Shown piece after piece: positions 16,388 to 28,384 of a DNA stretch of 64,000 nucleotides. The position numbers were made by a program, and so were the translations under genes. Source of the stretch: Vitrella brassicaformis CCMP3155 (taxonomy: Eukaryota > Protista > Chromerida); assembly GCA_001179505.1 (NCBI GenBank), contig CDMY01000329.1, positions 54,275 through 118,274 on the forward strand, given 5' to 3'. The notes beneath the pieces were generated by a model. It searched no databases. It saw only the letters and a program-made list of their open reading frames with translations, and had not been told where the DNA came from. The stretch's first letter is position 1. The number at the start of each line of letters is the position of its first letter.

Positions 16388-18066
16388 ATGGCGTAGATGG
16401 CTCGTGTGGATGGATGGATGGACGGATGGAGGGAGGTAGTGGGGGCGTCATGACGGTATGATAGCGGGCGGGCGTCTCACCGCTCGCCGATCGCTCCCAC
16501 GTTTAGACTTTCTTTCGTTCCTTGTGCGTGGCCTGCGGTGCTGTGTCTTTGTGGGCGTGTGTGTTCGGCGTGGGTTGGTCGGCTGATTGATTCCTTGATG
16601 ACTGGCTGTCTGTCTGTTCGAGTGTGCAGTTCGGTTGCTCCTTCTTGCATTTCGTTTCGTTTCGTTTCGTTTATCCATAAGATGACTTGCTTGTCTAATT
16701 GCTGTGCGGTGTCTGGTGCGTGGTGTGTGCGTGTCTTCCTACTTACGTATGTGTGTGACTGTCTGTCAATGTGTGTGCGTGTCGACATTGATGTGGGTGT
16801 GTGTGTGTGTGTGTGGATTGCCTGGGCTGCATGGCGGTCGGTCGGTCATTTTGTGCAGGGGGCGAGAGAGGGACGGAGGGAGGGAGAGGGGGAAGTGATT
16901 GCAGCCGGCACAACACAGCAGTGGGTAGGGAGGGCGGGACACGCGCACACCGATTGCTGTGGCTGGTTGGTTGGTTGGTTGATATGACATGGGACCACGG
17001 GATGGGATGACCGTTCACCGCGCGTTTCACTATCACCCACATGACATGGGGTGGTTGGTTTCTTACGGGTCGGTGGGGTCGGTGGGGCGGGCGGGGGATC
17101 GTCTCGTTTCTGAACGGCTGGCTGCCTTAATTGCTTGCTTGGACCGGCTGTCTCATTTCTTGTCGTGGTGTGGTGTGTCGTGTTGTGTTTCGTGTTTCTA
17201 TTTGGCTTATTACTTACGCTAAGATTGCTTGCGTATACGATGACACACAATGACGTCTGGATGTGCCTGTAGGTGTACCTACCTGAGCACCGATCTGTGT
17301 ATTTCTGTGCGCGTGTGGATGGATTGGCGTGGGTGTGGGGTGTGGGTGTCTGTCTGGCTGCGTCATGGTCTTTATCACCTTTAGTGTGGCCAATGCCTCC
17401 CTCCCTCTCCACGGGCGGCCACGGACAATGAGCGCAAGAGTGAGTTACGCCATCGGCCGATGAGCACTGGCCGATAACGACTCCCACTCCACAGAGAAAA
17501 GACCAGCAGCAACACAATGAATGGATGCAGTGTGATGCAATGCGTTGTCATGTTATGCGATGTGGTGCGGTGCGCAGTTATGCATTTTCCGCGTGTGTGT
17601 GTGTGTGTGCGTGTGTACGTTTCTTCTACGTAACCCAACCTCCACCCCAACCCACCCCAACACACACGAGACCCGATTTTGCTTGAGATCGAGATAGCTA
17701 CCGCCGTCCTTCTCATGTGCTTGAGTGCCTGTCAGACATCCCGCTCCTGCGTGACGTGTATAGCACCTGTGGCGCGCGCGGGCGGGCATCGGTAGGCACT
17801 CACACGCACCGACGGATGAAGGGATGGAGGGATGGATGGAGTGTGCCTGGGTGTGGGTGGTGAGTGGTGAGTGATGCTGGGGGGCGAGGGGGCGGCATTT
17901 TGGTTACTGGATGCCTGTGTTGACTCATGCATTCACGCGAGCGGCGTATCTCTCACACACATGGTGTTGCCTGGGTGGCACTCTCTACGTGTTGAGAGAG
18001 AGAGAGATGGAATGGATCAGCGTGTGTGTGGTGTGCTGTATGGACGGATTTCTAATCGTTATGCAT

Positions 18067-18462
18067 GGTGGCTGGCGTCTCAGTGGTTGGTTGGTTCGTC
18101 GGCCCGTTGCAGGGGTGGCGTCGCCGCTCGCTGCCCACTGACGTGTGAGCGGCGTGCGGTTTGTCTTTCTTGGCGACGTGCGACCGACCGACCAACCAAT
18201 GAGACGCATCGCATCGCCACCGCGTTCGCCTGAGCATTTCTCAGCTTATGGATGGCGAATGTTTGGTGGCTGGCGTCTCAGTGGTTGGTTGGTTCGTCGG
18301 CCCGTTGCAGGGGTGGCGTCGCCGCTCGCTGCCCACTGACGTGTGAGCGGCGTGCGGTTTGTCTTTCTTGGCGACGTGCGACCGACCGACCAACCAATGA
18401 GACGCATCGCATCGCCACCGCGTTCGCCTGAGCATTTCTCAGCTTATGGATGGCGAATGTTT
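18067..18462. repeat. Tandem duplication of a 198-bp unit (2 identical copies), each with imperfect inverted ends
   Basis: Unit ggtggctggcgtctcagtgg...gatggcgaatgttt at 18067-18264 and 18265-18462; the ORF track also shows duplicated peptides here. Confidence 0.95.
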
Positions 18463-18931
18463 TGTTTTCTTCCTCGCCATGTGTGTGTGCATGTGGGATG
18501 GATGGTGATCCGAACACACTGTGTGTGTGTGTGTGGGGGGGGGGGGGCGATTGGGATCTCATGCACTGCATTCACTCACTGACTGGCTATCCATGCGTTG
18601 TGTGGTGTGGTGTGGTGTGGTGTGGTGGTGGCGGCGCTTCATCTCCTGTTCGTTGTGCTGCGGATCTCCAGCACATTACGCGTGTTGGTCTGACAACTTG
18701 CGTGATGCCCTGGTAGTCCGCTGACATGACGAACAGAGATTAGATCAGCCGAAGACTCATCTTCGAGCAGACAGACATCTGCGTGGGTGCGACGTTTTGC
18801 CATGATACATTGATGGGACTCACTCACGTGAACCGACCTGTGAGCAACCGCCCTTGCCACACACACTCTGTCGCCTCACATCGTTAACCATCGACACACA
18901 CCCCCCTCCCCCCCAACACGTGGAGGCAGCC

Positions 18932-19782
18932 TCAATCAACCTCTGGGTCCACGAAGACGAGCGACACCTCCTCTGTCCTTGACACTTCAGCCACACCTTC
19001 GCCCCACATGAGAAACCCAATCCGGCCATAGAGGCTGACAGCCCAGGCAGCAAACAGCACGAGAGAGAAGGTCGCGTCAAGATTCAGCCCCCACAGGTTC
19101 TCCCGGTCCAGCCACCTCCGCATGGCGATGTACGCGAGCGCGGCGCCCATGCTGAGCCTCCCATTGATGTCTCTCACTTGCGCGTAGAACGAGAGCACTC
19201 TTCTCCTCCTCTGTCCCTTCCTGCTGCTGGCGGCGGCGGTGTGTGTCTCTTTGTCTTCGATAAGGGGCGCAGACTCGTGGTCGCTCTCTTGCTGCTGTTC
19301 TTGCCGTTGCTTTTCTCGCGCGACGACCGACGAAATGCGCAGCTCGTTGAGGGTCGTGTCGATGCCGAAAGCATGAGAGAGGATAGCCACGAGCGAGACG
19401 ATCCCCGTCAAGGTGGCGATCAGGATGTGCCGCCCTGTGTGTGGGTTGCTGTTGATGGTGACCAGCAGGCAGAAACAGGTCATGCAGCTGCTGACGAGGT
19501 GCACCAGAGCCGCCATGGCCAGCAGCAGGGAGCAGTTGAGGACCCTCCTGGCCACCATGGGCTGCTCCTCGGCGCTGCTCGAGGCAGCGGTGGACCGGAC
19601 GGTCCGGACGGCAGTCGGCACGTTCCCACCCTCACCGTCTGATGGTGGAGATGTGTCTCGCGTCATGACCCACACGCGCCCCTCGGTCAGCTTCCGGATG
19701 ACGCCCCACAGAGGCAGCACCGCCACAAAGCTCATGTAAGCTGTCTCCAAGCATCAACACAGCATCAACACAAGCACATACG

Positions 19783-19817
<35 letters not shown>

Positions 19818-20091
19818 CTGTGTCTGCCTGCGTACGTCCGAGCAGCACGAGTACGGCCATGCACATCTGCGCCAGTGCGTGCAGCCAGGGCTCCTCGATC
19901 ACGGTGCACCACCACGGCGGCACCGCGTCGAAGTGGGGGCCGGCCGAGCCGAGGAGGGGCAACAGGGGCAGCAGGAGAAAGGGCGCCACACACATGAGTG
20001 TGAAGACGGCTATCTCCAGCCATGCCAGCTGATAGGTTGAGGGCAGCAGCTTTGCAATGGCAGTGCCGTCGGGGGAAGAGAACGATGTCAT
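18932..20091 (-). CDS. Uncharacterised polytopic membrane protein (2 exons)
   Basis: ATG at 20091 (MTSFSSPDG...). An intron at about 19743-19835 joins in frame (LLGPYMSFVAVLPLWGV). Several hydrophobic helices (LLLAMAALVHLVSSCMTCFCLLV; ILIATLTGIVSLVAIL; FSLVLFAAWAVSL). Confidence 0.65.
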
Positions 20092-20481
20092 GGAGGAGTC
20101 TAGTAGGAGGCTTCGAGCTACACTTGAGTGAGGTTGGTTATTGCAGACGAGACAGCCGCCTCAGCCCTGAAGAAACAGCACAGATGCGGACACATACACA
20201 CATTTATGTGCTCACCACGAGTATTGGGGGTCCAGTGGGGGGAGATGGGAAGTAACATTTGAGTCCACGGTTTCACGAGATGGCTTTGCAATTCGGTCTT
20301 TGGTGGAGCGCAACCGATGCCCGAGGCCGCAAAAAGGGCAAAAGCTGGGGGACGAAAGACACGGCCTCCCTGCGATCGGCGTGCGATCTCAATTGTATCT
20401 TTCTCTGGACAGCCAAGCAACTTTCTCTGGGGTGCATCGCCCTCGCCAAGCGCAGAAGAGCAGGTGCACAAAGGTGCATCA

Positions 20482-21276
20482 ATGGGTTCGTGGTTCTCTC
20501 GCTGTCCGCCAGCCAAGGAGAAGAAGCCCGACCGCATCACCGACTCGGACAGAGCTGTGCTGGACCTCAAAGCACAAAGGGGTCAGCCGACAAACACACA
20601 CACACACGCACACAAGACCAAGAGAAGACGAGAGCGCAACACATGGAAGATCACACAGCCAAAGTTGAGCACTCCTTTGGCTGTGCTGTGTGTGTGTGCT
20701 GCAGATCAGCTGCAGATCCACAAGCGCAAGCTGCAGTCGACCATCAGCAGTGACCTGTCGGCGGCCAAGCGGTTCATCGAAACCAAGAAGAAGAGCCTGG
20801 CTCTGCTCGCCCTCAAGAAGAAGAAGCACCACGAGACCCTCATCGACCAGTGCGACCAGCACCTACTCAAGATTGCCGAGCTCATCAGCAATGTCGAGTA
20901 CGCGCAGGTGCAGGAGACCCTCGTCAAGGCACTCGAGGTCGGCAACGCCGCTATGAAGAAGATGCAGCAGGAGATCTCTCTCGACTATGTGGAGCGGCTT
21001 GTTGAGGAGAGCGAGGAGGCGAGGGCCTACCAACAGGAGGTCAACGCCATGCTCTTCAAGGACGGCATCACCGACCAGGACACCGACGTGCTGGCCGACC
21101 TCCGACGCATTGAGGAGGAAGAGGCCCAGGCTGTCATCGAGAACGTGCCCTCCCCACCCACGGCCGAGCTGCCGCCTGCTGCGCAGGAGGCGGTTGCTGC
21201 TGGTGCCGACGACAAGGCGGAGAGGGCGAGAGTGGAGAAAGAGAGGGCGAGGGAGCCTCAGCTGGTGCCGGCCTGA
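20482..21276 (+). CDS. VPS20: ESCRT-III subunit VPS20/CHMP6 (2 exons, 223 aa)
   Basis: N-myristoylation start MGSWFS; ITDSDRAVLDLKAQRDQL; ALLALKKKK; ETLVKALEVGNAAMKK; Snf7-type coiled coil and acidic tail. Intron 20582-20704. Confidence 0.9.
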   Translation: MGSWFSRCPPAKEKKPDRITDSDRAVLDLKAQRGQPTNTHTHAHKTKRRRERNTWKITQPKLSTPLAVLCVCAADQLQIHKRKLQSTISSDLSAAKRFIETKKKSLALLALKKKKHHETLIDQCDQHLLKIAELISNVEYAQVQETLVKALEVGNAAMKKMQQEISLDYVERLVEESEEARAYQQEVNAMLFKDGITDQDTDVLADLRRIEEEEAQAVIENVPSPPTAELPPAAQEAVAAGADDKAERARVEKERAREPQLVPA

Positions 21277-22003
21277 CGTGGTGGGGGGATGATGGTTTTT
21301 CGGTCGTCGGCGACGGGATGCCATGTGTAGGATAGCTGACCTGCTATGAAGACGGTTTGCTTGCTGCTTGTACCTTCGACCCTTTTTGCACTGCTGCCAT
21401 GAGGACAGTCCTTTGTCGCACTTGTGTGTGCAGACAATGCTGCTGCTTTGCTTCCATAGCGGCCTTGTCAGTGCCATTTCACGTGCAAGTCTGTTGCGTG
21501 ATGTGGTCGTGACGATGCGCCGCGCGAGGCTGAGAGCAGATGCTCATTTCACACAAGGTGCACATGACTACGCGAATCGACGCGTTGACGTGAAGCGATT
21601 GCTGCACGGCACACTTGCAGTGAGTGAGAAGGATAGGATCACTGACTTCATTTGGCAGTCCACACCAGCTAGCTACCTGGCTGTCCGTCCGTCGACCGTC
21701 ACTCGTCCGTCCACTCATTCTACACACCCACGCCACGCAACAATACCGACAAACACCGACCCCTCGCTCTCGCATTTTTCAACAGCCAAAGCAGCCATCC
21801 ATCAGCCATCAGCCAGCAAAAATTTCTCAACTACTGGCAGGCAGAGCGCACCATGGGTCCGATTGGAAGACACAGGTGGACTCATGCACGCACACAGGGA
21901 TGCATGCATGGAGCATTGGTCGGTCAGACAGCCAGGCAGCCAGGCAGCAGCAAGGGGCGCAAAAGTGGGATGTATGTGATGCATGTGACTCTGGTGTGGT
22001 GGC

Positions 22004-23119
22004 TCAGAAGAGACCCTGGCAGCAGGAGACCACACATGGTACCATGTGTGTCTGTCTTGTCATCTGGCACGTGTGTGTCGTCCACTATTGACTGGCTGAC
22101 CTGTCCATCGCCGAATGGGCTGATGTGTCCTTCCCTGAGCTGCTGGAGGGTGGTCTGGCCGGTCACCAGCTCCTGCACCAACATGCCCGCGATCGCAATC
22201 TGCACACACACACACACATATACACACACAGAGCAAACACCGCATGATGAATAGCCTTGCTGCGTCCCACAACTCGACTTCTGACCATTGCGAGTCGTCC
22301 GTTCTTGATTTCCTTGAGCTGCAGCTTAGCGAATTCCACGGGGTCGTTCTCGAACGGGTTGATGCCGAAGCCCAGGTCGCCGGGGGCGCGGTTCTCGAAA
22401 TCCTGCTTGCCAATCGACAGCTCGATGGCTGCGATCGTCGCCAAGATCTGGAGCCAGCCCTGAAATACACATACACACCCGACACGTACAAAGCATGCAG
22501 GCGGGCATCCATCATGGTGTCGGTCGGTTGACGGATGGCTGGCTGGCTGGCTGGTCGGTCGGTTCGCTGATTGGTTGACTCACTGACCGCCGATGGGACT
22601 TGTGAGATGGCCTTGAGCCCCGGCTCGACCTTGCCGTCATAGAGGGGGTGCCACAGCTCGGCAACGAAGTAACCCAACACAGCCAACATGGCCACACGAC
22701 CTGACAAGAACGCCACCAGACACGCAGCGCACACAGCATTGCTTGCACTCGTTGCTGGATGCCATCATATCACCCTGCTCTCCCTGCCCTGCCCTGCCAC
22801 ACACCATGCTTGAGCTCGACGGCGCGATATCTGTAGAGCGACGACTCGTCCTTGGAGAAGCCAAGAGGGTCCCACACGCCCCGTGTTTCGACGTCAGCAC
22901 CAATCATATCCTGGGGAATCAAACCAAATCAAATCACGGAGATGAACAAGACTCATATGAGCAGGTCTGCAGCGTAGATCTGTGCGTGCGTACCTCGACA
23001 GCCATTCGTGGTGCCGTCCTGTCCCTGCTCTGCAGCTTATCGAGGCCCCGGAGGGGTGCAGACGGGACGAACGCACTGGCAGCCGCGATGAGGGCGGCGA
23101 ACACCATGAGCTTCATCAT
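22004..23119 (-). CDS. Light-harvesting chlorophyll-binding protein (LHC, red-lineage type) with bipartite plastid leader, 6 exons
   Basis: Leader MMKLMVFAALIAAASA-FVP; WDPLGFS; RAVELKHGRVAML; PGDLGF; KEIKNGRLAMIAIAGMLVQEL; last exon GLF* (stop 22004-22006). Confidence 0.95.
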
Positions 23120-23554
23120 GGCTGACCTGTCGGGAGCTGGTGCCACGGAACGGGACAGACACTGCTTCCAGGAGGTGAGATGGTCGGTAGCTTCTGATCT
23201 ACGAGGCCCCCTCTCCAGAAAGCCGTAAATACACGTTTCTCCGGGGTCGGCCGTCTCCCACTGTTGTCATTGCAGATCTTCCAGATCTGCGCATGAAGTG
23301 TATCCCTGAGGCATCTTTGCGCACCGTGCAGCTGGTGAATTTGCGGAGCTCGGGGAGCGACTCAGCGCGATCGAAGCTCGCAGTCTCTGCGCGAGCTGCG
23401 TTTCTTGACGCGACGGCAAACGGGTTACCTTCAGGTCGCAGCTCCCCTACCTTCTGTCATCTCATTGAGCCAGTTTCTTCAGCGTTGATTCATCGCATCT
23501 CTTTCAGAGTGACAACACCACCCATCCACAGCAGCAGCAGCAGCAGCATCAGCC

Positions 23555-25258
23555 ATGTCTGAGAATCTGATTGACGGCAAGAAGACGGCGCAGGACATCC
23601 GCAATGAGGTCAAGGCGGAGGTTGAGAAAATGGTGGCGGAGCACAACCAGCACCCCAAGCTGTCCGTCATCCTCGTGGGCGGCAGGAGGGACAGCAGCAC
23701 CTACGTCGGTCAGTAAGATAGGGATGGACGACCACAGATCGACGAGGAAGTCCGGAGGGGAAATCCACCGATGTGTATGTGTGTGTGTTTTGGTTAGGGA
23801 TGAAGGAGAGGGCGTGCAAGGAGTGCGGCATTGAGAGTGAGGTGATTCGCATGCCCGACACGGTCAGCCAGGCGGAGGTCATGGACAAGGTGCGCGAGCT
23901 CAATGCTGACCCAAACGTCGACGGCATCCTCGTACAGGTAAGGAAGGTGGGACCACCACGACAGACAGACAATCAGGCAGACAGTCAGGCAGACAGTCAG
24001 ATGGACGTCATTCATTCATTCATTCATTCATTTCTTGTGTGCGTGCATTGTGTGAATCGATCAGTTGCCGCTGCCCTCCCACATGGTGGAGCGTGAAGTG
24101 CTCGAGCTCATCGGTAGGAAGGCCAGGCGACACGACACACGCGATGGAAGAGCTAGACAATGAGTGAGTGGATGTGTGTCGGCCAGATTGGTTCAAGGAC
24201 GTGGATGGCCTCCACCCACTCAACGTCGGCAACCTGGGTACGTAAGTGTGGTGTGCACAAGTCAAGTGACCGACACACAATTGAATGCACAGATTCGTAT
24301 TGCACATGCCCTTATCTGTCTGTCTGTCTGTGTGGTGTGTCAGCTCTTCGCGACCACACGCCGATGTTCAAGCCGTGCACAGCTGAGGGCTGCATCGAGC
24401 TGCTGCGGCGCTACAACGTCAAGATGTCGGGCGCCGACGCTGTCGTGGTCGGCCGCAGCAACATTGTCGGCATGCCCATATCACTCCTCCTGCAGGTGAG
24501 AGGGTGAGGGGGGATGAAAGGGGTGGGTGGGCACATCCATCGATTGACTCATCCATTCATCCACTCATTTAATGTGTGTGGTGGGTGGTGGGTGGGTGGT
24601 TCAGCAAGAGAATGCGACAGTGACGATGTGCCACTCGCGGACTAAAGACCTCCCTGGACAGTGCAGAAAAGCAGGTCGGGTCGGTGGGCTCAATGGAACC
24701 ACACATCACACTTCACACATCACACGCATGGCTCTTCCTGCTGCTGGTCGGCTGTGCTGCATGCACTGCAGACATCATAGTGGCTGCGATCGGCAAGGCC
24801 AATTTCATCAAGGGCGACTGGGTCAAGGACGGTGCGGTCATCATTGATGTCGGCATCAACGGCGTCGACGACCCCACCTCAGCCAAGGGATACAGACTCG
24901 TCGGAGGTACCTACACACCGGTGACACAAACAACGCCTGGCCTGTTCATCCACCCATGGGTGGCTCTCGCCTCGTGTGGTCTGTCTGTCTGTCTGTTTGT
25001 GAAGATGTTGATTTCGAGGAGTGCAAAGGCAAGGCCAAACTCATCACGCCTGTGCCAGGTGGGTGGGTGGGTCAGACAGCCATCCACCGCTCACATGTGT
25101 ATATGGCCAGCCACACGGGTGTGTGTGTGTGTGCGTGTGTGTGTCAATAATAATGATCAGGGGGTGTGGGTCCGATGACGGTGGCCCTGTTGATGAAGAA
25201 TACGGCCAGCTCCAGGCTGTACAAGCTCTCAGCCCCTCAGACCAACGGCACCAAGTAG
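23555..25258 (+). CDS. folD: Bifunctional methylenetetrahydrofolate dehydrogenase/cyclohydrolase, multi-exon
   Basis: [12 protein letters not shown]; LSVILVG..DSSTYV; [17 protein letters not shown]; KDVDGLHP; FKPCTAEG; [12 protein letters not shown]; [10 protein letters not shown]; IDVGIN; [20 protein letters not shown]. Confidence 0.95.
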
Positions 25259-26130
25259 CGCCCCGATGTGTTTGCCTAACTGCCTGACTCTCTTGGTGTG
25301 TCCGTCTGTCTGCATAGCTGTCTATGTGTGTGCCGGGCACGGTGGTGGGTGAGAGAGTGAGTGGGTGTCTGTCTGTCTGTCTGTTTAGTATTTCTCCTGT
25401 CAAGAGGAAACAAAGAGAGGTGGGCGCAGTCTCCCGCCCTCCCCACACGTACGTGTCCGTCAGCTAGGTGCGCTCTGTGGTGTGTGGTGTGGTCCATATG
25501 GTGTGGTGTTGGTCGAGCTGCCCGCCTGCCTGCCTGCCTGTCTGCCTGCCTTACTGGGTCGTTTTTCGTCTGGTGGTTGCTTGCCCCAATGAGTCAGGCT
25601 GGGCGGAGTTCGGACATTCGTGCAATGCAATGCAATACACTTCATTGCCTGATATTGAAGAACTTCAATGTCAAGGACATCGGCACACTGGTATGTACCA
25701 TCAACCAATCAGTCTCTCGTCAACCGATCTCCCTTGGATGGGATGCTTCGTCTGACCTCTGTCCAGAGGGGTGGTGGTTCGGCGGGCGACAAAGTTCGAT
25801 GTGTCCTCACCCACCCAACCGCCATCGAACACAGCAACACATACATACACACATACATACATACATACAGAAGCGACCAAATATCAAAAGTGCACCAGCA
25901 CCGTCTGCCTGCCCTTATGGTGCAACCAGTCTCTCTAAGTCGCCTCGCAGTGGACATCAGATACGTGAGAAGATGCCATGAGACCAAAAATGGGCTGCTG
26001 TAGCATAGCCCCTGCACACGCACTCGACGCCCACCCAGGGACCAAGCAACGGCGGCAGCACCACAAACCGGCCAGCCACAAAACCAAACACCATAAATCT
26101 CTCTCTCTCTCCGCATAGCATACATCTCTC

Positions 26131-26593
26131 TCAGGGCAGCACCTTGCCCGCCCGCACTGCCTCTGCGACTTGTGTCTTGGCTGTGTTCTCGGCGTATTTG
26201 ACATAGTGGTCGAGCAGCCGCTGTCTGTCCGCCCGTGTGGCGAGGTATGATGGCCGCGATGACACGGCCGCCCACCACCGATGGAAGCGCTCCCAAGTCG
26301 GGTCGGCTGACAATGGGGGGAGCTCAAACCTGCACACGCGTCGCGTCCATGCATCTGTGGATGTGTGAGGGCTTTGAGTGTTGTTGGGCTGGTTGGGTGG
26401 TTTGTTCCTTCCCTTCCTTGCTGACCCTCTGAAGTGTTTGAGTATGTCGAGTCGGTCAACGAAGGGCGTGAGCATGATGTCGACGAGACCGTACATCGAT
26501 CCATCGAAGAAGGGGCCGTCCGCGTCCATCTCCTGCACATGAATGAGTGGACAGACACATGTGTGTGAGAAAGCTGAATGAAGGGATATGTGT

Positions 26594-26628
<35 letters not shown>

Positions 26629-27375
26629 TTACCTGAGTGAGCGTGTAGATTGCGTCTCGGAAGTCGGTTGCCGCCGTATCCTTGTCGTGCATGAGGTAGT
26701 CATAGAAGGGCGGCACACACTTCTTGCTCACATGATCGGCCCTGCAACCACCCACACACATTCAGCACCTGTGGTGATTGAGTCGGCGGCTTGCTCTGTG
26801 TCACTACCACACACACACACACACACACCAGATCCTCTGTCTGGCCCGTCCAAGGGGATCGGTGGGCATCAGCGGCCGCAGCGATGGGTCGGTCGATGCC
26901 GGAAAGGCCTCGTCGATGTACTCAATGCACACGGCAGACTCATAAATGGAGTGGTCTCAATGCCTGCACGGACGCAACACACACGAGTCAGTCAGTGCAG
27001 GGGAAGGAAAGGTACATCCACGCGCATCGTTTGCAGGCTGAATTCGTCACTCTCACCGAATGGCCGGCACCAGCCCTCTGGGATTGATCGCCAGCCACTC
27101 CTTCGTCTTCGCACATGGGCTAACACACACACACACACACACACACCGCACGAGCACACACACGTACGAGCACAGACACAGAGCTCATCCAACGTGACGT
27201 GTCATCCTGGTTGGGTTGCTGCAATCCAGTCCATTCCATGATTCCAGCCATACTTGATCTCGTGAAGAACGTATTTGAGTCCCTTTTCCTCGCACGCCAG
27301 CCATGCCCGCTGTGCAAAGGGGCAGAACCACGATTGGTACAGCTGCAGCGTCTGGTTGCACCCGTTGGCTGCCAT
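26131..27375 (-). CDS. Glutathione S-transferase, omega-like (CPFAQR), 6 exons; carries an in-frame TGA at 26957-26959
   Basis: LYQSWFCPFAQRAW; EINPCAKTKEWLAINPRGLVPAI; SIYESAVCIEYIDEAFP; GPFFDG...LVDIMLTPFVDRL; WERFHRWWAAVSSRPSY. Only the phase-2 junction keeps the frame, and it reads CGG CAT TGA GAC. Confidence 0.85.
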
Positions 27376-27501
27376 CGGGGAGAAGATCTTGGCGGCTCGC
27401 CAAGCTCGCAAAGTGGGTCGACTCCATTCCCTCCAAACACTCTACACTCTACACTTCTCCAACCACCACTACGTGATCCGCTGCTCGCTGTGTTGCTCCC
27501 C
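27376..27501. promoter_or_regulatory. Putative bidirectional promoter between the GST and the hypothetical gene
   Basis: 126 bp between divergent ATGs; AGATCT (27384) and AAGCTCGC (27402). Confidence 0.55.
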
Positions 27502-28384
27502 ATGGCAAGTGTCGTATTTGTGGGCAAGTCCAGCTCATTCACGATTCGCAGCCTCAAGGGCGCTGGGCACGTGCTGCACATCAGCCAGGAGTCGACCTTC
27601 AAGCTCACAGAGACCAGCAACACCTTCCCGTTTTTCGCTGACATCCTGCTGGGGCACATCCACTCGCACCCCACCGGTGGAGGGACGCTCTCGGTGCCGT
27701 GCAGCGGAGGTGGGTCGCTGGTGGTGGTGCTGGGCGATAAGGACTGTGTGTGTGCCGGGGATGGCCATGAGGGTTTGGTGCTGAAGGGCGAGGCCATCAG
27801 CAAGAAGATCGAGGCCGAGAGCCAGAAGGACGGGCTGACCCCTGACGTAGGTGGTGGGGATTTGGTGTTCGAGAGCACACACTCGGTCGACACGGCCAAC
27901 GCCGGCAGGTACCTACCGACCTACGTGCAATGCCATAGATAGTGCACACGCATGTGCTCATCTGTGTGTGTGTCTGTCTGTCTGTCTGTTGGCTCATCCC
28001 ATCCATCGATCCATCAGGGTGATAGTGTCGATGACTGAGGACGTGTTGACCCTGTGCGTGGCCCGCAAGGGTGTGGTCTTTCCGCAGCAGTCGGGCCCCG
28101 CCATCCACGACACACACGTCACCATCAAGGCACACGGCTACACCTCCATCGAGGGCGCCAGCGCCACAACTGATGATGACGGCACCCTGGTCTACGAGGC
28201 GACCATCAAGCCCGACGAGGACCTCACAGTCACGTTCCGCAAACCCGCGGCCGGCGGGGATGCGAGTGCTTCGCTGCTGGCGCCCCCCGCTGCTGCTGGC
28301 GGCAGGGATGAGGCCGAGGTGTCCAATGTGGCCGATCCTGGCGATGATGGCGACGTGGAAGAAGACCTAGAGGGGGAGGTGTGA
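27502..28384 (+). CDS. Uncharacterised protein (2 exons, 257 aa, beta-rich with acidic tail)
   Basis: ATG 27502; intron 27909-28017 joins in frame (407+367 nt); coding-like composition; ends ...EEDLEGEV*. Confidence 0.6.

Noticed and set aside
16400-18060. Possible small minus-strand gene (e.g. MRRTAVAISISSKIG...)
   Set aside because: I could not build a consistent in-frame exon chain; the sequence is dominated by simple repeats and looks like UTR or intergenic DNA
25300-26130. SECIS element for the GST TGA (e.g. atgaagtgtattgc... on the minus strand)
   Set aside because: No unpaired AA at the expected spacing and no convincing GA/GA quartet stem by eye
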